DNA from: a virus
Length of the DNA: 12,366 nucleotides
Reading direction: 5' to 3' (one strand)
Virus genome (UHGV): UHGV-0221207
The notes beneath the pieces were generated by a model. That model was not told the DNA's origin. It was given only the letters and a program-made list of their open reading frames with translations, and made no database searches. The position numbers and the translations under genes are program-made. Positions 1 to 6,815 of this stretch are shown here, piece by piece. How positions within the stretch are numbered: the stretch's first letter is position 1; every line of letters begins with the position of its first letter.

Positions 1-1
1 G

Positions 2-364
2 CTTAACAGCGCCAGCCACACCATCGAAACGCAGCGCGCGGCGCTGAAAAGTAAAGCGCACGAACTAACGAAGAAAAATAGCCAGCTGATCAGTCTGTCC
101 ATTCTGGCTGAAACCAATAACAGGGAGCAGGCGCGGCTCTATGCCGAAGCAGAACAGACCAGCGCGCTGCTGAGACAACGACAACACCGGATCGAGGAAC
201 TGAAACGTGAGAACGAGGATTTACGCCGCTGGGCTGATACTCCTTTGCCTGCTGACATTATCCGGCTGCGGGAACGTCCGGCACTCACCGGAGGTGCAGC
301 TTACCGTCAGTGGTTGTCCGCGAGTGACGCCGTGTCGGCTGGAGCAGGCAGCGCCGCGCACTAA
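2..364 (+). CDS. lysB: LysB-like spanin (Rz-type inner-membrane subunit), 5' end lies outside the window
   Basis: Frame is open from the window edge to TAA at 362-364. Translation ...RQRQHRIEELKRENEDLRRWADTPLPADIIRLRERPA... resembles the C-terminal part of P2 LysB as I recall it. A lipoprotein ORF is embedded in the +1 frame, the usual Rz/Rz1 arrangement. Position just upstream of R matches P2 gene order. Confidence 0.6.
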   Translation, partial: LNSASHTIETQRAALKSKAHELTKKNSQLISLSILAETNNREQARLYAEAEQTSALLRQRQHRIEELKRENEDLRRWADTPLPADIIRLRERPALTGGAAYRQWLSASDAVSAGAGSAAH

Positions 365-497
365 CGGTGATCTGAACGCATTGCTGGATGAAACGGAGGC
401 CGCCTGGGCGGTCTGTGCAGACAAAGTGGACATGATTATTGCGTGTCAGGAGCGAAACAGTGAACAAACCACAATCCCTGCGCCACGCCCTCAATAA
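207..497 (+). CDS. lysC: LysC-like outer-membrane lipoprotein spanin (Rz1-type), embedded in and extending beyond lysB
   Basis: GTG start at 207, TAA at 495-497, 96 aa. N-terminus has a hydrophobic stretch ending in lipobox-like LSGC (AAGLILLCLLTLSGCG). Most of the ORF lies inside lysB in another frame. Cys- and Pro-containing periplasmic tail. Confidence 0.6.
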   Translation: MRTRIYAAGLILLCLLTLSGCGNVRHSPEVQLTVSGCPRVTPCRLEQAAPRTNGDLNALLDETEAAWAVCADKVDMIIACQERNSEQTTIPAPRPQ

Positions 498-891
498 AGC
501 AGTGCCTTATGTCCGCAATAACCCGGATAAGCTGCATCTGTTTGTGGATAACGGTTCGCTGGTTGCCACGGGGGCCAGCTCCATGTCATGGGAGTACCGT
601 TATACCCTCAACGTGGTGATTGAGGATTTCAGCGGCGACCAGAATCTGCTGATGGCCCCGGTTTTGCTGTGGCTGCGTGATAACCAGCCCGATGCCATCA
701 ATAATCCGGCGTTACGGGAAAAGTTATTCACCTTTGAGGTGGATATTCTGCGCAACGATGTCTGTGATATCAGCCTCAACCTGCAACTGACGGAACGTGT
801 GCTGGTCAGCACTGACGGAAGTGTGTCGAGCGTTGAAGCAGTAGCGGAACCCGATGAACCTGAAGAAATGTGGACGGTGAAACGTGGCTGA
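460..891 (+). CDS. R: Tail completion protein R
   Basis: The track ORF begins at TTG 439, but an in-frame GTG at 460 sits 8 nt after AGGAG (447-451) and gives MNKPQSLRHAL..., which parallels the P2 gpR N-terminus as recalled. Conserved-looking stretches FVDNGS, YTLNV, PVLLWLRDNQPD. TGA at 889-891 overlaps the S start (GTGGCTGA). Confidence 0.8.
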   Translation: MNKPQSLRHALNKAVPYVRNNPDKLHLFVDNGSLVATGASSMSWEYRYTLNVVIEDFSGDQNLLMAPVLLWLRDNQPDAINNPALREKLFTFEVDILRNDVCDISLNLQLTERVLVSTDGSVSSVEAVAEPDEPEEMWTVKRG

Positions 892-1336
892 ACTGCAGAA
901 GGTGGACGACTGGCTGAGTGCTTTGCTGGCGAATCTGGAACCAGCCGCAAGAAGCCGAATGATGCGCCAGCTGGCGCAGGAACTGCGCCGGACACAGCAG
1001 CAGAATATCAGGATGCAGCGCAATCCAGATGGCAGCAGTTATGAGCCGCGCAGGGTAACAGCACGCAGCAAGAAGGGGCGCATCAAACGTCAGATGTTTG
1101 CAAAGCTGCGCACCACAAAATACCTGAGAACTGCCGCCAGCGCGGATTCTGCCAGCGTACAGTTTGAAGGTAAGGTACAGCGTATTGCCCGTGTTCATCA
1201 CTACGGTCTGCGCGATCGCGTCAGTCCAAAGGGGGGAGTCATTAAGTATCCATCCCGAAAATTGCTGGGTTTAAATGAACATACTGAAAATGAAGTAAGA
1301 GATTTACTTTTAAAGTATTTATTGATGAAAAATTAG
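884..1336 (+). CDS. S: Tail completion protein S
   Basis: 150-aa ORF with GTG start overlapping the R stop, the same length as P2 gpS, in the position after R. The last ~30 codons lie in AT-rich DNA (see findings). Confidence 0.75.
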   Translation: MAELQKVDDWLSALLANLEPAARSRMMRQLAQELRRTQQQNIRMQRNPDGSSYEPRRVTARSKKGRIKRQMFAKLRTTKYLRTAASADSASVQFEGKVQRIARVHHYGLRDRVSPKGGVIKYPSRKLLGLNEHTENEVRDLLLKYLLMKN

Positions 1337-1341
1337 AATGT

Positions 1342-1872
1342 TTACGCTCTTAATAAACTTAAATAACTTTTTATGCTTTGGCAAAAAGGGAAAAGGTCTA
1401 TTTTAATTTTCCAGTTTTTTTTGTTTTGAACCCCAGAAGCAATAATAGAACCGTCCCAATATTTTATTCCATTTTTGCCGGTCTTTTTTGTTAACTCAAA
1501 ACTTAATGCGTGAATAATTTTATTGCAGCATTCGCGTATAGAATCTTTAACATGACCATCTATAACAAAAAGTATATTTTCATGTTCTTCAAATGCTTCT
1601 TTCTCAGGTGAGTAATCTGGGTTCCACTCATGTTCACTAGTGTCTTGGAGAATTCGTAGTTTTGTACAAAGGCTAATAAGATTGTTGCTAATGGTATATT
1701 CCAACCATCCGTTGTACGATAACTCCTCCATTTCAAATTCAGTTACTATAGAACCATCATATACTTTCTGTGTGGAATATATACGCTGTAAATAAAATTC
1801 AGATGAACAGCATAATTGCTCAATTATTCTTGCGTGTTCTTCTATAGCGTAATAATCAATTGGATGGCTCAT
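1342..1872 (-). CDS. Hypothetical protein of unknown function, candidate accessory/defence moron (176 aa from internal ATG; ORF extends to 1911 giving 189 aa)
   Basis: Uninterrupted 570-nt ORF on the opposite strand to every flanking phage gene. The DNA is visibly AT-rich (about one-third GC by eye, against over half in neighbouring genes), so a chance ORF of this length is unlikely. The internal ATG (complement of 1870-1872) is preceded by AAAGG/GGTAAAAG 8-10 nt upstream. No signal peptide, transmembrane segment or catalytic motif that I can recognise. Confidence 0.7.
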   Translation of the reverse strand: MSHPIDYYAIEEHARIIEQLCCSSEFYLQRIYSTQKVYDGSIVTEFEMEELSYNGWLEYTISNNLISLCTKLRILQDTSEHEWNPDYSPEKEAFEEHENILFVIDGHVKDSIRECCNKIIHALSFELTKKTGKNGIKYWDGSIIASGVQNKKNWKIKIDLFPFCQSIKSYLSLLRA

Positions 1873-1903
1873 TCTTTTACCTTTCTTTGATTGGAATTGT
1901 ATT

Positions 1904-1921
1904 TGTGTCATTTACCACACA
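1904..1921 (+). promoter_or_regulatory. Possible Ogr-type late-promoter activator site (TGT-N12-ACA dyad) upstream of V
   Basis: TGT at 1904-1906 and ACA at 1919-1921 separated by exactly 12 nt, 47-64 nt upstream of the V ATG. P2 late promoters carry this dyad centred near -55. The spacing to the V start codon is tight, so this is tentative. Confidence 0.3.
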
Positions 1922-1967
1922 AGGACGTATTGATGCCATAGATTCAAGGTCCGTGCAACCTAACCCT

Positions 1968-2546
1968 ATGAACGCACAACTAACCGAAATCATGCGCCTT
2001 ATCACCAACCTGATCCGCACTGGTGTAGTCACCGAAGTGGACCGGGAAAACTGGCTTTGCCGGGTGAAAACGGGCGAGCTTGAAACCAACTGGATCAGCT
2101 GGCTGACGCTGCGTGCCGGGAATGCCCGCACATGGTGGCGACCATCGGAAGGTGAGCAGGTGGTGCTGCTGAGTCTGGGCGGCAATCTGGAAACTGCCTT
2201 TGCGCTGCCCGCTGTCTATTCGAATCAGTTCGCACCACCGTCGACGTCGGCAGACGCCTGCGTGACAGAACATCCTGACGGCGGCTGGTTTGAATACGAA
2301 CCCACTACCGGGCGCTGGTATGTCAGGGGCATCAAATCAATGGTCATTGAGGCCGCTGACAACATCACCATGAAAACCAGTGAGTTTGTACTGGAGGCTG
2401 ACCGCACGCGCATTAACAGCGAAGTGGTGATCAATGGTGGCGTTACCCAGGGCGGCGGAGCGATGAGTTCTAACGGGATCGTGGTTGATGCGCATCAGCA
2501 TACTGACGTCCTGAAAGGCGGCGACACAACCGGAGGCCCGGTATGA
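1968..2546 (+). CDS. V: Baseplate assembly/spike protein V
   Basis: MNAQLTEIMRLITNLIRTG... aligns with the P2 gpV N-terminus as recalled (…IRTG, WLTxRAG, TWWxPSxGEQV, GGxLxTAF, SSNG…H.H). The track ORF from TTG 1860 is an upstream extension into the AT-rich insertion and is not used. TGA at 2544-2546 overlaps the W start (ATGA). Confidence 0.85.
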   Translation: MNAQLTEIMRLITNLIRTGVVTEVDRENWLCRVKTGELETNWISWLTLRAGNARTWWRPSEGEQVVLLSLGGNLETAFALPAVYSNQFAPPSTSADACVTEHPDGGWFEYEPTTGRWYVRGIKSMVIEAADNITMKTSEFVLEADRTRINSEVVINGGVTQGGGAMSSNGIVVDAHQHTDVLKGGDTTGGPV

Positions 2547-2902
2547 CGCTTTATAGCGGGATGAACAATACCAGCGGTAAAGCCATTACTGATATTGATC
2601 ATCTGCGCCAGTCGGTGCGGGACATTTTGCTGACGCCGCAGGGTAGCCGCATTGCCCGTCGGGAATATGGTTCCCTGCTGTCGGCACTGATAGACCAGCC
2701 ACAAAATCCGGCATTACGCCTGCAGGTCATGTCGGCAGTGTATGTGGCGCTGAGTCGCTGGGAGCCACGGCTGACGCTGGATTCCATCACCATTAACAGC
2801 AATTTTGACGGTTCAATGGTGGTGGAGCTGACCGGGCGGCGTAATAACGGTGTGCCTGTTTCCCTTTCCGTATCAACAGGAGCAGAGAATGGCAGTGATT
2901 GA
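2543..2902 (+). CDS. W: Baseplate wedge protein W (gp25-like)
   Basis: 119-aa ORF with ATG overlapping the V stop, in the position and at about the size of P2 gpW. Its 3' end overlaps the J start. Confidence 0.85.
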   Translation: MTLYSGMNNTSGKAITDIDHLRQSVRDILLTPQGSRIARREYGSLLSALIDQPQNPALRLQVMSAVYVALSRWEPRLTLDSITINSNFDGSMVVELTGRRNNGVPVSLSVSTGAENGSD

Positions 2903-3797
2903 CCTTTCGCAGTTGCCTGCGCCGCAGATTGTGGATGTGCCGGACTTTGAGACGCTGCTTGCCGAACGCAAGGCAGAATTTGTGGCGCTTCATCCGAAAG
3001 ATGAGCAGGAAGCAGTGATCCGCACGCTGGAACTGGAATCTGAACCCGTCACCAAATTGTTGCAGGAGAATGCTTACCGTGAGTTGCTTCTGCGCCAGCG
3101 CATTAACGAAGCCGCGCAGGCGGTGATGGTGGCTTATGCCATAGGGGGCGATCTGGACCAGCTCGCCGCCAACTACAACGTGAAACGCCTGACGGTGACG
3201 CCTGCTGATAATGACGCTGTGCCGCCCGTTGCAGCTGTGATGGAAAGCGATGAAGCGTTACGCCTGCGTGTGCCTGCAGCCTTTGAAGGGCTTTCAGTTG
3301 CGGGGCCAACTGCAGCTTATGAATTTCATGCCCGAAGCGCCGACGGTCGGGTGGCGGATGCCAGTGCAACCAGCCCAGCACCTGCAGAGGTGGTGCTGAC
3401 TGTCCTTAGCCGCGAAGGCGATGGAACTGCAGAAAAAGACCTGCTGGACGTGGTGGAAAAAGCTCTGAACAGTGAGAACGTCCGCCCGGTGGCTGACCGT
3501 CTTACGGTTCGCAGCGCAGAAATCATCCCGTATCGCGTGGAAGCCACCATTTTTCTCTATCCGGGACCGGAAGCAGAGCCGGTAATGGCAGCGGCAAAAG
3601 CCAGTCTGCAGAAGTACATTGCCAGCCAGACGAGGCTTGGTCGGGATATTCGCCGTAGCGCCATCTTTGCTGCTCTGCATGTTGAGGGTGTTCAACGTGT
3701 GGAACTGGCTTCTCCGCTGGCGGATGTGGTCCTGAACAAAACACAGGCGGCATCATGTACGCAGTGGAGCGTAACCAACGGAGGAACGGATGAATAG
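2889..3797 (+). CDS. J: Baseplate protein J
   Basis: Internal ATG at 2889 gives MAVIDLSQLPAPQIVDVPDFETLLAERKAEF..., 302 aa, the same length as P2 gpJ as recalled. The track ORF from 2850 is an in-frame upstream extension. TAG at 3795-3797 overlaps the I start. Confidence 0.85.
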   Translation: MAVIDLSQLPAPQIVDVPDFETLLAERKAEFVALHPKDEQEAVIRTLELESEPVTKLLQENAYRELLLRQRINEAAQAVMVAYAIGGDLDQLAANYNVKRLTVTPADNDAVPPVAAVMESDEALRLRVPAAFEGLSVAGPTAAYEFHARSADGRVADASATSPAPAEVVLTVLSREGDGTAEKDLLDVVEKALNSENVRPVADRLTVRSAEIIPYRVEATIFLYPGPEAEPVMAAAKASLQKYIASQTRLGRDIRRSAIFAALHVEGVQRVELASPLADVVLNKTQAASCTQWSVTNGGTDE

Positions 3798-4395
3798 TCT
3801 GCTGCCACCGGGTTCAACTTCACTGGAGCGCCGACTGGCGCAAACCTGTAGCGGGATTTCTGATCTGCAGGTGCCGCTGCGTGACTTGTGGAATCCGGCT
3901 ACCTGTCCGGTCAGCTTCCTGCCTTATCTCGCCTGGGCGTTCTCTGTGGATCGCTGGGACGAGGGCTGGACAGAAAGCGTCAAACGCCAGGTAGTGAAGG
4001 ATGCTTTTTATATTCATCAGCATAAAGGAACTACCAGTGCCGTGCGGCGGGTGGTGGAACCGTTCGGATTCCTGATCCGCATTATTGAGTGGTGGCAGAC
4101 CGGAGAAACACCGGGCACGTTTCGCCTGGATATCGGCGTGCAGGACCAGGGCATCACTGAAGATACCTATCTGGAACTTGAGCGGCTGATAAGCGATGCC
4201 AAACCATGTAGCCGTCACATGATCGGCATGTCCATCAATCTGCAGACCAGCGGTCCGCATTGGGTGGGGGCCGCCAGCTATCTTGGCGAAGAAATCACGA
4301 TCTATCCGTATATCAACGAAACAATTATTTCCGGCGGCACCGCGCATGAAGGCGGGGCGGTCCATGTTATTGACACAATGAGAGTGAATCCATGA
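3790..4395 (+). CDS. I: Baseplate protein I (tail-fibre attachment)
   Basis: Motifs LWNPATCPVSFLPYLAWAFSVDRWDEGW, RRVVEPFGFL and GTFRLDIGV parallel P2 gpI as recalled. ATG overlaps the J stop, and TGA at 4393-4395 overlaps the H start. Confidence 0.8.
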   Translation: MNSLLPPGSTSLERRLAQTCSGISDLQVPLRDLWNPATCPVSFLPYLAWAFSVDRWDEGWTESVKRQVVKDAFYIHQHKGTTSAVRRVVEPFGFLIRIIEWWQTGETPGTFRLDIGVQDQGITEDTYLELERLISDAKPCSRHMIGMSINLQTSGPHWVGAASYLGEEITIYPYINETIISGGTAHEGGAVHVIDTMRVNP

Positions 4396-5798
4396 GCACA
4401 AAATTTTATACCCTGCTGACGGATATTGGCGCGGCGAAACTTGCCAGCGCCGCCGCGCTCGGTGTGCCGCTAAAAATTACCCATATGGCGGTGGGCGATG
4501 GCGGCGGAACATTGCCAACGCCGGACGCCAAGCAGACAGCATTGGTAAATGAGAAACGCCGGGCTGCGCTGAATATGCTCTATATCGACCCGCAGAACAG
4601 CAGCCAGATTATTGCTGAACAGGTGATCCCTGAAAACGAGGGCGGTTGGTGGATACGTGAAGTGGGCCTGTTTGATGAGTCCGGGGCATTGATTGCCGTG
4701 GGCAACTGCCCGGAAAGCTATAAGCCGCAACTGGCTGAAGGCAGCGGGCGTACCCAGACCGTGCGCATGGTGCTGATTACCAGCAGCACGGACAATATCA
4801 CCCTGAAAATCGACCCTGCCGTAGTGCTGGCAACCCGCAAGTATGTGGATGACAAGGTACTGGAGCTGAAGGTGTACGTGGATGATCAGATGGCAAAACA
4901 TCTTGCCGCACCGGACCCGCATTCACAGTATGCACCCAAAGAAAGTCCGACGTTTACCGGGACACCAAAAGCGCCAACTCCAGCGGCAGGGAATAACACC
5001 ACGCAGGTTGCGACCACCGCGTTTGTTCAGGCGGCACTGACGGCTCTTATTAATGGTGCGCCAGCCACGCTGGACACGCTGAAAGAAATAGCCGCAGCCA
5101 TTAACAATGATCCGAATTTCAGTACCACCATTAACAATGCGCTGGCACTGAAAGCGCCGTTGTCGAGTCCGGCACTCACCGGAACGCCAACAGCCCCCAC
5201 TGCTGCACAGTCGGTCAACAATACACAGATTGCCACCACGGCTTTTGTGAAATCGGCGATTGCAGCAATGGTAGGTTCTGCACCTGCGGCACTGGATACA
5301 CTGAACGAACTGGCGTCGGCGTTGGGGAATGATCCGAACTTTGCCACGACAATGCTTAATGCGCTGGCAGGTAAACAACCGCTGGACAATACGCTGACTA
5401 ATTTGAGTGGAAAGGATGTCGCTGGTCTTCTCGCATACCTTGGTTTGGGAGAAGCGGCGAAAAGGGATGTGGGCACAGGAGATAATCAGATACCGGATAT
5501 GGGAGCATTCGCTTCTGGTTCGGGATGGTTCAGGCTACCAGGTGGATATATTGTTCAGTTTGGCACTTTTTCAGGAAACACGACCCGCTTTATCAGTGGA
5601 CACTTCCCTATACCATTCCCTAATCAGCCGATGGTTTCAGTCAGTGTTATGTCTGATGCCGTTCAGTCAGACCCGTCGAATCCTGCCACGCAGGTTTTGT
5701 CTGTAAATTTTGAACATATCAGTAATTCAGCGTGGCGTGTGGCAACCAGTGATATCTCACAGCAATACAGATTCAGTTATATTTCGATAGGACGGTAG
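4392..5798 (+). CDS. H: Tail fibre protein H, current orientation (constant N-terminal ~350 aa plus variable C-terminal receptor-binding end)
   Basis: N-terminus MSTKFYTLLTDIGAAKLASAAALGVPLKITHMAVGDGGG... is the conserved P2-H/Mu-S type fibre N-domain. A tandem shaft repeat follows. The reading frame crosses the inversion crossover site at the GLGE codons (about 5440). TAG at 5796-5798. Confidence 0.85.
   Translation: MSTKFYTLLTDIGAAKLASAAALGVPLKITHMAVGDGGGTLPTPDAKQTALVNEKRRAALNMLYIDPQNSSQIIAEQVIPENEGGWWIREVGLFDESGALIAVGNCPESYKPQLAEGSGRTQTVRMVLITSSTDNITLKIDPAVVLATRKYVDDKVLELKVYVDDQMAKHLAAPDPHSQYAPKESPTFTGTPKAPTPAAGNNTTQVATTAFVQAALTALINGAPATLDTLKEIAAAINNDPNFSTTINNALALKAPLSSPALTGTPTAPTAAQSVNNTQIATTAFVKSAIAAMVGSAPAALDTLNELASALGNDPNFATTMLNALAGKQPLDNTLTNLSGKDVAGLLAYLGLGEAAKRDVGTGDNQIPDMGAFASGSGWFRLPGGYIVQFGTFSGNTTRFISGHFPIPFPNQPMVSVSVMSDAVQSDPSNPATQVLSVNFEHISNSAWRVATSDISQQYRFSYISIGR
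4944..5387 (+). repeat. Tandem in-frame repeat (2 x ~222 bp, ~74 aa units) in the fibre shaft
   Basis: Unit 1 SPTFTGTPKAPTPAAGNNTTQVATTAFVQAAL...NDPNFSTTINNALALKAP and unit 2 SPALTGTPTAPTAAQSVNNTQIATTAFVKSAI...NDPNFATTMLNALAGKQP align colinearly with many identities. Confidence 0.7.
5428..5453. repeat. Left inversion crossover site (gix/hix-like 26-bp imperfect palindrome)
   Basis: TTCTCGCATACC-TT-GGTTTGGGAGAA. The half-sites resemble the Gin/Hin consensus (TTATCnAAAACC / GGTTTnnGGATAA). The right half is identical to the inverted partner at 7313-7338. Confidence 0.75.
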
Positions 5799-5800
5799 AA

Positions 5801-6241
5801 ATGCAGAAATATATTTTCAGTGCCGATAAAAATGCGTTTTTCCCTGTGGAGCTTAAAATCGCTTATCAGGAATCCGGCGAATGGCCCGATGATGGAATCG
5901 AAATTGACGACACTGTTGCCGCCGAATTTATGAAGGAAGCACCAGAAGGAAAATACAGAGGTGTCATCGACGGAATGCCTGCATGGATTGATATTCCACC
6001 GCCAACTCATGAGGAACAAATTGCCGCAGCCGAATTGGAAAAGCAGCAATTGATTAATCAGGTCAACGAATACATAAACAGTAAGCAATGGCCTGGTAAA
6101 GCGGCGATTGGTCGTCTGAAAGGTGAGGAACTGGCGCAATATAATTTATGGCTAGATTATCTGGACGCACTGGAACTGGTTGATTCCTCCAGTGCTCCAG
6201 ATATTGAATGGCCTACGCCTCCGGCAGTTCAGGCCAGATGA
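5801..6241 (+). CDS. G: Tail fibre assembly chaperone (Tfa) G
   Basis: 146-aa ORF starting 3 nt after the H stop. C-terminal tail ...LDYLDALELVDSSSAPDIEWPTPP is Tfa-like. Position matches P2 G. Confidence 0.8.
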   Translation: MQKYIFSADKNAFFPVELKIAYQESGEWPDDGIEIDDTVAAEFMKEAPEGKYRGVIDGMPAWIDIPPPTHEEQIAAAELEKQQLINQVNEYINSKQWPGKAAIGRLKGEELAQYNLWLDYLDALELVDSSSAPDIEWPTPPAVQAR

Positions 6242-6815
6242 CATCCGGTGCGGTGCTGGTATCTGTTGCCGTCACCGCGTCAATGTAATCCAGCACGGCG
6301 TTAAGTCGGGTGTTTTCTGGCTGCGTCAGCTTCCGCCCGGCCCGTAATTTCAGTTGAATCAGACTGATGGAAGCCATTGCAGCATCAATCAGCGACTGGC
6401 GCTGTGCTTCTGCCGCGTCTACTGCGGCACTATGCTGTGCCTCAGTATCTGTCACCCATTTCTCACCATTCCATTCATCGTATGGCGTTAACGGGGCGAT
6501 AGTGGTTGTATTTTCAGGATAATCACCCGGAGCTGTGATTTCTTTCGATTCTCCTGTTTCGGTGCTATAGACGATTTCACCGCGATGGTCTGGCACATAT
6601 TCCCATGAATTTAAATCTACAGAGCGACAGATTGCATAACCAGCTTTATGTGTACCTGGTGCATCCAAACAAGAACATGCCGGAATACCGACGCCGACAG
6701 CGAGATATTCAGTTGATGTAGAAATATATTCACGCGTTTCACCATCATAGTTATAAACAGTAATATTTCCTGCCTGGGTGGCGATAAACTCGTTATTTAA
6801 TACGGCGTAATCCAT
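6213..6815 (-). CDS. Alternative tail fibre assembly chaperone (Tfa'), silent in this orientation
   Basis: 200-aa ORF. Its C-terminus ...LDYIDAVTATDTSTAPDVIWPELPEA parallels that of G. Its start overlaps the stop of the alternative fibre end (TAATG). It converges on G with a 29-bp overlap. Confidence 0.75.
   Translation of the reverse strand: MDYAVLNNEFIATQAGNITVYNYDGETREYISTSTEYLAVGVGIPACSCLDAPGTHKAGYAICRSVDLNSWEYVPDHRGEIVYSTETGESKEITAPGDYPENTTTIAPLTPYDEWNGEKWVTDTEAQHSAAVDAAEAQRQSLIDAAMASISLIQLKLRAGRKLTQPENTRLNAVLDYIDAVTATDTSTAPDVIWPELPEA

Noticed and set aside
600-1201. Reverse-strand ORFs (131, 99 and 131 aa) across R and S
   Set aside because: Antisense to the R/S genes, with no start context and Ser/Arg-rich translations typical of non-coding frames.
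1342-1911. Moron as half of a toxin-antitoxin pair
   Set aside because: The insertion has room for only one ORF of meaningful length. No small partner ORF with start signals was found on either strand, so a single-gene module is the simpler reading.
1860-1967. N-terminal extension of V from TTG at 1860 (228-aa version of the ORF)
   Set aside because: The extension runs into the AT-rich insertion and overlaps the divergent moron start. The P2 gpV N-terminus as recalled aligns with the internal ATG at 1968.
2850-2888. Upstream in-frame extension of J (315-aa version)
   Set aside because: The internal ATG at 2889 gives the 302-aa length expected for gpJ and a sensible overlap with the W stop. 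The extension would overlap W by more than 50 nt.
2495-3756. Assorted short ORFs on both strands within W and J (66-133 aa)
   Set aside because: All nested within or antisense to the baseplate genes. None has independent support.
4470-5476. Long reverse-strand ORFs (150, 151 and 149 aa) inside H
   Set aside because: They are antisense to a strongly supported structural gene and their translations are low-complexity and Arg/Cys-rich, typical of spurious antisense frames in GC-rich coding DNA.
5407-5706. 99-aa + strand ORF in an alternative frame inside the H variable end
   Set aside because: Entirely nested in H in another frame, with no RBS and no recognisable protein features.
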